The notes below the pieces were generated by a model. That model was not told the origin of the DNA, made no database searches, and was given only the letters and a program-made list of their open reading frames with translations. 64,000 nt of DNA from Vicugna vicugna (lineage: Eukaryota), in contig MU058337.1 in assembly GCA_013265495.1 (NCBI GenBank), positions 2,820,686 to 2,884,685 of the forward strand, written 5' to 3'. Shown here piece by piece: positions 11,541 through 23,506 of the stretch. Numbering within the stretch: position 1 is the stretch's first letter; the number at the start of each line of letters is the position of its first letter. A program made the position numbers and the translations under genes.

Positions 11541-14500
11541 GTAGGTTCCCTTGCTAACGTGGCCCCAGGCTGGTGGCTTTGGTAAAGGGCTTAAGACAAA
11601 CCAAATAGGTACACTTTTGAGCAGAATCCATTCATAAAACTATACTGTTTTGCTGTATTTCTTTTTTCTTTCCTTTATTTAATGTTATCCTAACCTGAGT
11701 AATATTCAAGTAAAATATGCTTTCTGGTCACCATGGAAATTGCCTGTAACAGCAAGTAATGGTGACAATGACAATAGCAAACCTTAGAAGGACAGCTTTA
11801 TACATTTTATGTGTTGTCACATTAGTTGATACTTCTTATTTACATATATATTTAATTTATTTCTGGTTTGGGTATTTTTCCCTTCAAAGCCTTCATCCTC
11901 TATGTAACTATGTTAATCAACTCAAAAATTTACAATATTTCCCAATCCTGCATTTATACAAACTTACGTTTCTCCTTGACCCCAGTTTCAGAGCAATCCT
12001 GGACTATGCCTTCAGAGAAAAAGCTTTTGTTTTTTTCGTTGTGACCTAAAAAAAAAACTAACAAACGTTGCTGTCTTACTTATTTCTTTCAAATTTGCTT
12101 TCAAGAAGTTGAGATCTACATTTTCCAAAGGGCTCGTATTCATCTTCAGTCACTATGTATAAAGTGGCCGATTGAATCTAACTCCTTGGCTTTAGGTTAT
12201 TCATCTTTTTATTGATAATTAGTTTCAAGAGAGATGTTCTGGAATTTCAATTTTAGCAAATACGTTTCCTCTTGAAATTTTCATGACAAGTAATATTACT
12301 AGAGGGCACTTTTTTCTCTCAATTATTTTCTGAAAGAACTTCTCTGTTTAACTTTTCCAAAAGTAAATTTATACATAGAGAAACCAGATCTTAGCCCAGT
12401 TCAGAATTAATTGATTGATAAATTTCATTCCAGAATGTATAATGTACAATGTAGATAGCTGAAACAAAATCTTTACTTTTTCAAAAATAAGAAAGAAGAA
12501 AATAAGGAAAGGAAGAGAGGAAAAGAGAGAGAAAGGAAAGAAAGAGAATTTTTGAACATCACTAGAGGTAGAATATTGCAGTCTAGGAGTTTTATGGCTG
12601 GTAAAATTAGTGCCCCTCTTTGGACATTTCAGAATTTCATTCCAGGTGTGAATAACCTCAGAACAGGGAAACTTTCTGCAAAGTGCATTAGCTCTAAATT
12701 ACTAATAAAAACCAGATTGTATTTAGGGGCAGAGTTAGTATGGGAATTGAAATTCCAAGACCGCACATTATTGTTCACTTAGGGACATTGTGTTAGGTAA
12801 CAGTAAAGAAAAAAAAGGAACAGTGCAAAGGCCAGTCGTCTTAGCATCTAACCCCAGAGCGTGTTCTAAGTGTGAACCACGATCCCCAAAGGGGCTGGAG
12901 TCTGGATGTCCGCCTGCTTGATCCAACCCCATAAGGTAAGAAGTGAAAGGCGGTTGACAGAAGCAGAGATTGTCTTTTTTTCGTTTGTTTTTAATTGCCC
13001 ACTGCTATTCGGGTATCCACGAGCAGTGCACAAAGGCAGTTTTCATTAGTTGAGTCCACTTGTTTGTATTTCTGCCCTAAAACAAAACAAACAAGCAAAC
13101 AAAGCAAACATGATAATGTGTCGTCTCCTCCGTTTATGCTGTGACGGCTCTCCTCCTGATCCCACTGCGCTGTGGACACACTGAAGCAGGGGAAAAGCGA
13201 GGCAGTGTTCTGACGGGGTGAATACTTGGGCCATTTTTATGAAAATGGAAAAAGGAACTTTCTTCCTAGAACAACCAGCACCTCCTTGAGACCTTCCTTC
13301 TTCCAGCCTCATCTGCCCAAAGACCTACATTTATAACCATTTCTGATACTATGTTTTCTGACCTTTTCACCAGGAAAAAAAAATCATTTGAACTCTATAA
13401 AATACTAAGATGTGCATTAAATACATGCTTTTCCTAATGTGTTTCAAGCTTCTTTAAAGTAAAGAAAATTGGTTGGTTTAGAATTGCACAGAACTGGTGA
13501 AAAAGAAGAAATACCGAAATCTGTAGATGCCCCAACTGTGGCTGACCAAGCCCCTGAAAGAGCCAATTTAAAAATTGTGGTGCATTAAGGTGCAGTGGGA
13601 AGAGATGAGTCCCAGAACAGACGTATTACAGGGCTGAGTTTGTCCAGCAGAGTGAAAATAAGAACTGAAAGTAAAAGTTTAATTTTTCCCAGCAAAGGGG
13701 ACTTTTGGAGTCAATATATTGACCAAGAAGGAGGAAGGAGGAGAAATGAAATTTGTGGGAAGAAATGGAACTTTGATGGAAGAGACTGTAGAAAGTTTGA
13801 TCCTATTTCTGCTCTGGGATATAGAAACAAACCAAAAACTAAAAACCAAAAACCAACCAAACAAACAAAATCCCTATTGCCCGAAACTGAAGAAAGCCTT
13901 TCGAATTACAGCTGTTTGGTGAATGCAGCACAGTTTTGACTTGGCTTCAAGACAGGTACGGCACAAAGACTGCCACCTGCAGGAAGCCCTCCATGCCTGG
14001 ACTTCATACCCCGTCAGGCAGGCACGAGCAGTGAGTTTGGTAGCAATGCATACATTGGATTTGGTTTTCAACTGCCTCTCAGTGCTGTCCTCGTAATTCT
14101 TTGGAATGATGATTCTCAAAGTTTGGGACAAGAAATCTTTGCATGTTGTTTCAGGATTTTTAAATCTTTTAAAACACTTTGAAGTAAAAATTATCCAAAT
14201 CTCCTTTATAGATATTTAAACACAATCATTTTGCTGGTCTGAAGTACTGGGACTAGTTGTCAGTTATGTAACAAATAGTTGAATAAGTGAATTTAAATGT
14301 GTTGCAGGTTGTTTTCAATATAATGTATTTCACATTCTTTCTCCTTGTGAGTATTGGGGTGGCAGAACTCTGGGTACAATCTTAGGAATATATTGTTATT
14401 GTAAAAATTATCCATCAGATTGAGTTTGCCAATATTGTAGAAACATGGGTATTCTAGTAATACTGTATTAAAAATTAAATCACTAGACTCTGAAAATTAA

Positions 14501-15261
14501 ATCACTCTTGGTCAGAAAAGAGGGATACAAGTTTCCAGGAGTGGACAGAGTATTAAAACAAAATAAAAGCCAACTTGAAATTAAACCATTACTAGATTCT
14601 GAATGTGGCAATATTCTATACTTGCAGATGACAAATGAACAAGAATTCTCTGAAAACCCTACATCATCATTGTTCTGGAGATCGGTTGTCTCTGATGAAG
14701 ATTTTACAAGAAGTAAGTTTTTCTTCCATCCTTCCATGGAAGAGGAAAGAAGAAAGATAAATTCCTAAATCAAAAAATGGGACACAGCGTAGGGTCCACG
14801 GCCATGTGACAATAGTCAAAGGCCAGCCAACAAAGACAGAACTATCGCTGAAGAACTCAAACTTCGGTTCGAGTTTATAATCAGCCAAAATATATAACTC
14901 AGGATTATGCTTTAAGCAACTCAAAATTGCAGATAAGGTTAGCCCAAGGGAAGATGGATAAAGATAAGAATTAAAGAATCAAATAAACTAGTAAGCATCA
15001 GAAAAAAAAAAGTTTAAACTCATGTCGACTATGTCCTCTTTTTCTCTCTGGCGTAAATAAAGAAGTAAATAAATAAACAAACAAAACAAATAATAAAAAC
15101 CCTGTGGGCCTGAGGATTCTTTTTTTCAATGATAGGAATTCTGAGCTTTGTAATATCATGAGCTCTCAGATCTAAACATATAATCCTTCAGCCACAAAAG
15201 AACTGTAATGTCACCTTCCCTGTGTGTATGGGTTTAGATGGTGTTTCCAAGAACCTGGTTA

Positions 15262-15537
15262 AGGGGAAAGAATAAATTGGGAGTCTGAGATTTGCAGATT
15301 CTGACTGGCTTATATAAAATAGATAAACAAGTTTATTCTGTATAACACAGGGAACTATATTCAATATCTTGTAGTAGCTTATGGTGAAAAAGAATATGAA
15401 AACAAATATATATATATATTACATATATATATTCATGTATGAGTGAAACATTGTGCTGTATACCGGAAATTGACACAACATTGTAAACTGACTATACTTC
15501 AATAAAAACTAAATAAGAAATAAATAAAGAATAAAAT
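15262..15537 (+). mobile_element. young 5'-truncated L1 3'UTR (cetartiodactyl-type) with A-rich tail
   Basis: cacagggaactatattcaatatcttgtag...gaaattgacacaacattgtaaactgactatacttcaataaaa followed by an A-rich tail. Confidence 0.9.
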
Positions 15538-15544
15538 ACAAGGT

Positions 15545-15745
15545 GGTGCATCGGTGTTTAATATCTTCTCTCTGCTGCTCTCAACAATTAGTTCTTCAAT
15601 TGCCTCAGAGCCTCCGTTTGACACTCTGTATTCTCCTATCTCTAGTCCCACATCAGTCATTGCTTTAATGAGTTAACTTCTGTAAAGTTCTAAGAACACT
15701 GCCTGATATTTTGTGAGCTTTATATAAATGCTTTTAAATAAATAA
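15545..15745 (+). mobile_element. degraded MIR
   Basis: aatgagttaacttctgtaaagttctaagaacactgcctga matches the MIR 3' part. Confidence 0.55.
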
Positions 15746-16458
15746 AACCCCCTTCCTTCCATTCACTTCAGAGGCCATGGTCCATGGATTTGACAATGTC
15801 TCTGTCAATTCTCTGTCAATTCCCTAAACGCATGTTTTCAATTTTTATTTATTCATTTGTGTGTTTGTTTATTCAATCACACACACTTGAGAAAAAATAC
15901 TGAAATTGGAGAGAAAAATTGGCCATCTGTCTACCTGAGCTGGGTTTATGAGCATCCCTGGGAAAAAAAATCACAGGACCAGGTAGAGTGGTTGATGTGG
16001 AATCGTGATCAGCAACCAAGGGGGAGCCTCCAGCCTCCCAGCCATCCAGCCCGTTCTCTCACAATGGCTGAGGGATTACTTACCTGGCTCTTAGTCCTCG
16101 CAACTCTGCCCCAACCTCCCTTCCACCGTACACAGGCTGCTTTGTCTCCTACACCACATCAGCATTTAAATGGGCTCCACCTTCTAACAAAAGGAATGCT
16201 TCGGTAGACAGTACCTTCTCTTGCAGCGCTGAACAGGAATGTTCTCTCCCTTTCAGAGACAAACTTCCAGAAAGAACTTCCTGAACAGAATGTCCTTGTT
16301 TCCCCATCTCTCCTTACCTGACTCAGTGGTCTGTTTTTCTTACCTTGAACATGATTCTTTTAAGCCTTAGTTTTCACTCTAATTTCCCTTGCAGCACCGT
16401 TCGCATTTTCCTCTTTGCCTTCAGATGCCCCTTCACGGTCTCTTTTCTTCTGGACTAT

Positions 16459-16780
16459 TGTTATGGTCTGACTTGTTTCCCCTCTGAATTCGTATATTGA
16501 AGCCCTAACCCTTAAGGTGACTCTATTTGGAGGTAGGCAGTTAGGGAGGTAATTAAGGTTAAACAAGGTAATTAAGGTTAAACAAGGTAATTAAGGTTAA
16601 ACGAGGTAATTAAGGTTAAACGAGGTCAGATGGGAAGAGCCCTAATCCAGAAAGAGAGAGAGAGTCCAGACCAGCACCTTGATCTTGGGCCATCAGCCAA
16701 CAGCGCTGTGAGTAAATATATTTCTGTTAAGCTTTCCAGTCTGTGGTCTTTTGTTACGACAACCCTAGCAGATAAATACA
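16459..16780 (+). mobile_element. MLT1A/B-like solo LTR with internal deletion
   Basis: tgttatggtctga...ttgaagccctaacc...caccttgatcttgg...accctagcagataaataca; the central part after ccctaatccaga is missing. Confidence 0.88.
16547..16626 (+). repeat. 19-bp minisatellite (AGGTAATTAAGGTTAAACR) x4
   Basis: Four tandem copies read directly from the sequence. Confidence 0.97.
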
Positions 16781-16784
16781 ATCA

Positions 16785-17100
16785 TTTAGCGCTTTCTGTT
16801 TCTTAAGTAGTACATTTTGCCATGCTTTGTTTAAGGCCAACTCTTCTCAGTTTCTACACTTTTTTTCCCCATAGGTAGTTGCATCCGCTCTCAAAACTTA
16901 AACCACCATTTCTACATAGTTCACTTGCAAATTGCTGCCTCCATCCCAACATTATTCTTAGTCCTTACCTTCCAGCAACATACTGATTATCTTCACCTAT
17001 GGCTCTTGCAAGCCCTTCAGATTAAACATGTCTAAACTTGAGTTCATCGTCTCAACTTCTTTAGCCCACTCCTCAGCTCGCTGTCTCCCCCATTTCTGAC
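16785..17100 (+). mobile_element. L2 LINE ORF2 fragment
   Basis: ctcttctcagtttctacact...ataggtagttgcatccgctctc...aaacatgtctaaacttgagttc matches the L2 RT region; it probably continues on the other side of the LTR. Confidence 0.7.
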
Positions 17101-17726
17101 TGTGGTCGTGTGTAAGTGTCCAAACCAGACAGCTGTAGAGCAAGCTGCTACACCACGCGCCGGAGCTGGGGCTGATGGGAAACCAGACAGCAGGTTCGGC
17201 TGAAACATCCCTCTCCAGTCTGATTGCTTCTCACAATTGGAACTGCTAATATCCAGCCCTCTCAGCCACTGTTTCACTTTCTTTTTTTTCTTATCTTGGA
17301 AAGACCAACAAATACCCACCCTGTCTCTCTTCCTCTCTTTCTGTCCTCCTCTCCACTGCCCACGGATAAGTAAAATTTGATAATGTTTAATCCCAGCTTC
17401 AACTACTTTGAATCCTTTTCAGTCCTTTAACTGCCTTATATGGCTCCATAAGACGTACCTCTTTTCTTGCCGAACTTCCTTTTGCAATTCATATCCCGTT
17501 AATTCTGAATTTCCTTCCATTCATAATATTTAAAGAACAGACCCTCTTGACATTTAAAAAGGATAATTTTAAACAGTCAACAAGTGTATCTAGGTAATAT
17601 GCTTTATCAGCTTAGATAATATATATTTGAAGTATAACGAAGTTTATAAACTCTGGATAGCCATGCCAACCTAGGCACTGGCAACAAAGGGGCAGAAAAT
17701 AATGAAAAGGGCACATGCTAGTTTAC

Positions 17727-18200
17727 GTATTGGTAATGTTTCCTTGATTGCAAGAAACAGAAATGGATTTTGACTATTTTTCGGGTGGAGGGAGGAGTGG
17801 TAGTATAGTAGCTCGCAGAATTAAAATAAGAACTTAGCAGTGAAGTCAGAGAACTAGGGAAGAAACCAGGAAAACATTAGAAAATCAGCAGTGGGATTGT
17901 GTAGCTGGCGCCTGGGGAACTCTGCCTTCGGTGAAGTTCAATGTAAGTGTCTCCAGGCTTCGAGCGTCTCCATCCCAAATTTCAGACAGCTGGGCGTGAT
18001 GAGCTGATAGTTATCACCAGGACCAAGCACCTGGCCCTGGATCAAATAGCTAAGGTCGCTCGGCATGCAATGGAGCAGAGGACATGGGCACTGGTGACAC
18101 GCACACCTATTTGTAACCAAGTCATTTCCAGAGCGTGAGGACTCACATTGGCTGAGTATTCCTGATTGGGTTCCATTACGCTAGTCAGGGTTGAGCGTAG
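17727..18200 (-). mobile_element. old MLT1K/L-like LTR
   Basis: gattgcaagaaacagaaa start motif and ctgattggg near the end; very diverged. Confidence 0.4.
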
Positions 18201-18921
18201 GTTTTGTTTAAAGCAACTGCAGTAAAGATCTTGTATACTTTGGGGTTTAATAAATAATTGACCTTTTTAAAATATGCTTTGCAAGTAACGGGAGGGGTAT
18301 TATATTAAAAGAGTTTAATTAATTATTCTAATTACCAGCTATGAAAGGAGAAAAGCGTTAAAAGCCTTCTTTTTGCAGCACAACAGGATTCCTCCTATGC
18401 TGGTTCAAGATGATTTATCACACAGCCTGAACAGGCAAGGGGAGCCCTATATTTAGAATTGCATTACAGTGAGCACCTGAATATTTTATGTTCTTAAGGG
18501 ATATCTGAATGGAGTCTGTAGATTGTTTTGCCTTCCTGGACATAGATTTTGGCCTCAGGCATGCCCACCTGCTGGGGCAGCAGTCATCAGCACGCTGTAA
18601 AAATGCGGGATTGCTGAGCAATGCTCTTGTAGATCCTTGCCTGCAAGTCCAACCTCCCACTCCCCTCTACCGCTCCAAGCTCCCCTACCTGGAAGGTGCA
18701 TGAGAGCCCTTTATTATTGAAAGGGCTCTGAGAATATGAAACAGCTGGTCATGTCTAATGTCTTAAAGATGCACACATGCTCACTTTTTATTTAATGCCC
18801 TCCTGGTAATTTGAGCAGATGCTCACTGCAATGCAACATGAGTCATCTGAAAACTACATATCTCAATACAGCTCAAAAATATCAGAGGAAATTTACATAA
18901 CTTTTTTAAACTAAACTAAAT

Positions 18922-18956
18922 ACATATATATTTATATTTATATATATATATATATA
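18922..18956. repeat. (TA)n microsatellite
   Basis: Direct read. Confidence 0.85.
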
Positions 18957-19714
18957 AAACACACGCACAAGTGATTAAAAGAAGCAAAGAGATTTCACCT
19001 AAAATCAAATGATGCTGAAGACTTAATTGCCTGTGCCTGATGTCTTTCAAACTAGGATTTGTTACTTTTTACTGAAAAAGAGGAAAGTTATTTTAACCAT
19101 GCAAATCTAGTGTCCTCAGATCTAATCAATCTGCAGTGTGACAAAATAATCTGTTGCATTGCCAATTCACCAACGTGTTTCAGCCATTTGGGGATAACGC
19201 AAACTGTTGAATTTATGATCATTGAAAGTGCATTGGAAGGAAATGTGATTAAGTAGTTTAAAAATTTTTAAAACATACATCCTGAAAGAGTAAATTACAA
19301 TAAGAGGAATTTTAAACATTTGTCTGTTTTATTTTTTAATGTCTTCACAAAGTTGCCTGTAATCGCCACTGTCTGATGTGCAGCTTTTATGGGCTCATTT
19401 GTCTCGTTTTCCAATATGAGCAGCAGCTAGATTTGGGCCTTGCCTCCCGAATTTTGGCATTACCTTTTCCCTTATTTAAAATACTGACATGATTAATTTC
19501 TTACTGCTTATGGCTTTTGGGATCAAGGGTATAAATACTAGTTGCTCTAAGAAAAGAATCAGAAACAAAATCACTTTTATAAAATTTGATTTTCTTCCTC
19601 CATTTGTGCTACTCTGTGTCCTCATAAATGTAATATCTGAATAATGCAAGATTTAAAAGAAATCATCATATGTCATCCATACTGAAGAATGTATAACTTA
19701 GGGTTAGATGTGGC

Positions 19715-19790
19715 TATAAATATAAATAATATAAATAATATATATTATAATTATATTATATTATAATAATATATATATAATATATTATTT
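19715..19790. repeat. AT-only low-complexity tract
   Basis: About 75 bp of A/T only, at the rearrangement junction. Confidence 0.9.
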
Positions 19791-20031
19791 CAGTCTCAGT
19801 ATACACATTTAATTGATCTTCTACATTTTTCTCAGAGGAGAGAGGATTATACACAGGAATAAGCTATGCCCTAAGAGTAAGAGCCAACTTAAATGGATCA
19901 GTCCTAATCAACCCTAAGATCCCACGCATAAAGTTCAATGAACACAATCACACTTAGAAAAACAAGATATTGTGAGAAAAATGTAGAAGATCAATTAAAT
20001 GTGTATACTGAGACTGAAATAATATATTATA
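19776..20031. repeat. 59-bp perfect inverted repeat (19776-19834 vs 19973-20031), 138-bp spacer
   Basis: tataatatattatttcagtctcagtatacacatttaattgatcttctacatttttctca is the exact reverse complement of 19973-20031. Confidence 0.95.
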
Positions 20032-20039
20032 AATAATAT

Positions 20040-20372
20040 AAAAATTAACACTGGTTTAAACAAGATAGAAGTTTAGTTCTTTATCAGACTAACCAGCTTT
20101 GGAGAGAGCCGTCTAGAGATGCTGAGAGGTACACTGTCCAGCATCAGAGACTGGCTTCCCTGGTCTTGCTGCTCTGTTGTACACAACTTCCATTCCCAAG
20201 GTCATTCAAGGCTGAAGAGGGTACATGGAGCTTGAGCCATCTGACCTACATTGTAGCCACCAGAAAGGCAGTGAGAAATATTCACTCTTCCAGAAGGGCA
20301 CAAAATTTGCTTTTATGCCCATTAGCTAGACTAGTCATGCCTCTCTTGGCTACAAGAACATCTGGGAAATGT
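20040..20372 (-). mobile_element. MLT1J-like LTR (copy 1; its end at about 19690-19720 is split off by the insertion)
   Basis: tggtttaaacaagatagaagtttag...cccattagctagactagtcatg...ctgggaaatgta. Confidence 0.7.
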
Positions 20373-20471
20373 ACCCAAATAAATGTATGGGATGTATTTT
20401 TATATAGAAAGGTATCAAGAGATGAGGGTTAGAATCTGCCCAATTCTCCAAATGTCAGTTTTACTCCACAT

Positions 20472-20850
20472 TGTACACACTGACTGTTGGTGGGGAAGTG
20501 ACATATACTGCAGCTGCCACAGAAGAGAGTGTGGAGGTTCCTCAAAGCAGTGAGAGCAGCGCAGCCTTGGGATCCAGCAATCCCACGTCTAGGTGTTTAT
20601 CCAGAAGAACTGACATCAGGCCTCGAAGAGAGAGTAACACCTCCACGTTCACTGCAGCACTAGTCACAATGGCCAAGATGTAGAAGCAACCTGAGTGTTG
20701 AATGGACAGATGAATGGGTAAAGAACATGCGGTTTAAGCTGATAAATGGGATACTATTCAGCCTTCAAAGAGAATTACGAGACAATATGAGCACACCTTG
20801 CGGATATTATGATAAGTGGAATAAACTAGTCATAGAAAAATAAATTCAAA
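20472..20850 (+). mobile_element. L1MA/L1MB 3' fragment (copy 1)
   Basis: tggaggttcctcaaa...gatccagcaatcccac...ttcactgcagcactagtcacaatggccaagatgtagaagcaacct. Confidence 0.88.
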
Positions 20851-21646
20851 ATATAAAAATCAGCATGGGCAGAAAAAGAAATGAGAGAATGGAGCATTAA
20901 ACCTCTTATCTGTGGAGCTTAGTACCTGGTTTCTGCTTGCCAAAATTTGGATGGGGAAAGAGCACTGTTGCATTTTAATGAATCAAATTCAAAATGCTAA
21001 GGGAAGATTTTTGTTCCTTAATCCATAATGGAGCCCTGAACAGAGGCTTGGCTTCCCTGAGTGGCCTATTCAGCTGGCTTTTTCTTAAGGGGTTTTCCAA
21101 ATGAAGACATGAGGAAATGGAACCCAAGGGAGAGGTACTGTCTTACCAGATGAAGAGACAGACGCAGTTCAGGTAAGACAAAATGTCTTGAAATAAAGAT
21201 TAGAAACATAAGAGAAGTACCTAAAAATCTGCAGGTAAACTTTCCCCAAATTGGTGGTTCACTCCTAAGCTGCAAATGTTCAAGCCAAGATTCCAAGAAA
21301 CCCAGCAGAAACCAACAGCTAGGATGCTAAAGTCAGAAAGGGGTTTCAAAAGTTAGTCACTTGGAGTTCAATGTCAGCCAGGGGGAGGGTGTCTGGATCA
21401 ATATTCTGGGCCCTCAGCTGGAGACCTAGGGGGTCAGGGCAGAGGAGAGAGGATTATACACAGGAATAAGCTATGCCCTAAGAGTAAGAGCCAACTTAAA
21501 TGGATCAGTCCTAATCAACCCTAAGATCCCACGCATAAAGTTCAATGAACACAATCACACTTAGAAAAACAAGATATTGTGAGAAAAATGTAGAAGATCA
21601 ATTAAATGTGTATACTGAGACTGAAATAATATATTATAAATAATAT

Positions 21647-21979
21647 AAAAATTAACACTGGTTTAAACAAGATAGAAGTTTAGTTCTTTATCAGACTAAC
21701 CAGCTTTGGAGAGAGCCGTCTAGAGATGCTGAGAGGTACACTGTCCAGCATCAGAGACTGGCTTCCCTGGTCTTGCTGCTCTGTTGTACACAACTTCCAT
21801 TCCCAAGGTCATTCAAGGCTGAAGAGGGTACATGGAGCTTGAGCCATCTGACCTACATTGTAGCCACCAGAAAGGCAGTGAGAAATATTCACTCTTCCAG
21901 AAGGGCACAAAATTTGCTTTTATGCCCATTAGCTAGACTAGTCATGCCTCTCTTGGCTACAAGAACATCTGGGAAATGT
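21647..21979 (-). mobile_element. MLT1J-like LTR (copy 2)
   Basis: Duplicate of 20040-20372. Confidence 0.7.
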
Positions 21980-22078
21980 ACCCAAATAAATGTATGGGAT
22001 GTATTTTTATATAGAAAGGTATCAAGAGATGAGGGTTAGAATCTGCCCAATTCTCCAAATGTCAGTTTTACTCCACAT

Positions 22079-22457
22079 TGTACACACTGACTGTTGGTGG
22101 GGAAGTGACATATACTGCAGCTGCCACAGAAGAGAGTGTGGAGGTTCCTCAAAGCAGTGAGAGCAGCGCAGCCTTGGGATCCAGCAATCCCACGTCTAGG
22201 TGTTTATCCAGAAGAACTGACATCAGGCCTCGAAGAGAGAGTAACACCTCCACGTTCACTGCAGCACTAGTCACAATGGCCAAGATGTAGAAGCAACCTG
22301 AGTGTTGAATGGACAGATGAATGGGTAAAGAACATGCGGTTTAAGCTGATAAATGGGATACTATTCAGCCTTCAAAGAGAATTACGAGACAATATGAGCA
22401 CACCTTGCGGATATTATGATAAGTGGAATAAACTAGTCATAGAAAAATAAATTCAAA
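22079..22457 (+). mobile_element. L1MA/L1MB 3' fragment (copy 2)
   Basis: Duplicate of 20472-20850. Confidence 0.88.
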
Positions 22458-23342
22458 ATATAAAAATCAGCATGGGCAGAAAAAGAAATGAGAGAATGGA
22501 GCATTAAACCTCTTATCTGTGGAGCTTAGTACCTGGTTTCTGCTTGCCAAAATTTGGATGGGGAAAGAGCACTGTTGCATTTTAATGAATCAAATTCAAA
22601 ATGCTAAGGGAAGATTTTTGTTCCTTAATCCATAATGGAGCCCTGAACAGAGGCTTGGCTTCCCTGAGTGGCCTATTCAGCTGGCTTTTTCTTAAGGGGT
22701 TTTCCAAATGAAGACATGAGGAAATGGAACCCAAGGGAGAGGTACTGTCTTACCAGATGAAGAGACAGACGCAGTTCAGGTAAGACAAAATGTCTTGAAA
22801 TAAAGATTAGAAACATAAGAGAAGTACCTAAAAATCTGCAGGTAAACTTTCCCCAAATTGGTGGTTCACTCCTAAGCTGCAAATGTTCAAGCCAAGATTC
22901 CAAGAAACCCAGCAGAAACCAACAGCTAGGATGCTAAAGTCAGAAAGGGGTTTCAAAAGTTAGTCACTTGGAGTTCAATGTCAGCCAGGGGGAGGGTGTC
23001 TGGATCAATATTCTGGGCCCTCAGCTGGAGACCTAGGGGGTCAGGGCAGAGGAGAGAGGATTATACACAGGAATAAGCTATGCCCTAAGAGTAAGAGCCA
23101 ACTTAAATGGATCAGTCCTAATCAACCCTAAGATCCCACGCATAAAGTTCAGTGAACATAATCACACTTAGAAAAACAAGATATTGTGAGAAAAACGTAG
23201 AAGATCAATTAAATGTGTATACTGAGACTGAAAACCTATGCAGGTTTTAGAATCACTAGATACAGAACGTAATGTAAATTGGTACCACTCATGGTAGGTT
23301 AGATTAAGCTGTGGTAAACTGACGGTCTTAAAGCCAGGCTTC

Positions 23343-23506
23343 GGGGGAGGGTACAGCTCAAGTGGTAGAGCACATGCTCAGCTTGCGCAAGGTCCTGAGT
23401 TCAATCCCCAGAGCCTCCTCTAAAGATGAATAAGCCTAATTACCCCCCCTGCCAAAATAAAAATAATGCAATAATAAATAAATTAAAAAAAAAACACTGA
23501 AAAAAA
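23343..23506 (+). mobile_element. tRNA-derived SINE, camelid vic-1-like
   Basis: A box cagctcaagtggtagag, B box gagttcaatccc, A-rich tail, imperfect TSD ttaaagccaggctt / ttaaagcccaactt. Confidence 0.9.

Larger units (their letters stand above)
19833..23233 (+). repeat. tandem duplication, 1607-bp period, about 2.1 copies
   Basis: Units start at 19833, 21440 and 23047. Three ORF pairs in the track are identical at offset 1607. The partial third copy (187 bp) has 3 substitutions. Confidence 0.98.

Noticed and set aside
16547..16626. 19-bp repeats as a CRISPR-like array
   Set aside because: Head-to-tail copies with no spacers, inside a mammalian LTR.
20166..22903. Duplicated ORF pairs as a gene duplication
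   Set aside because: They are chance frames in repeat-derived or non-coding sequence copied by the 1607-bp duplication.
23343..23420. tRNA gene (also 37615-37686 and 54450-54522)
   Set aside because: A and B boxes are present, but a tRNA-unrelated tail, an A-rich end and TSDs mark these as SINEs.
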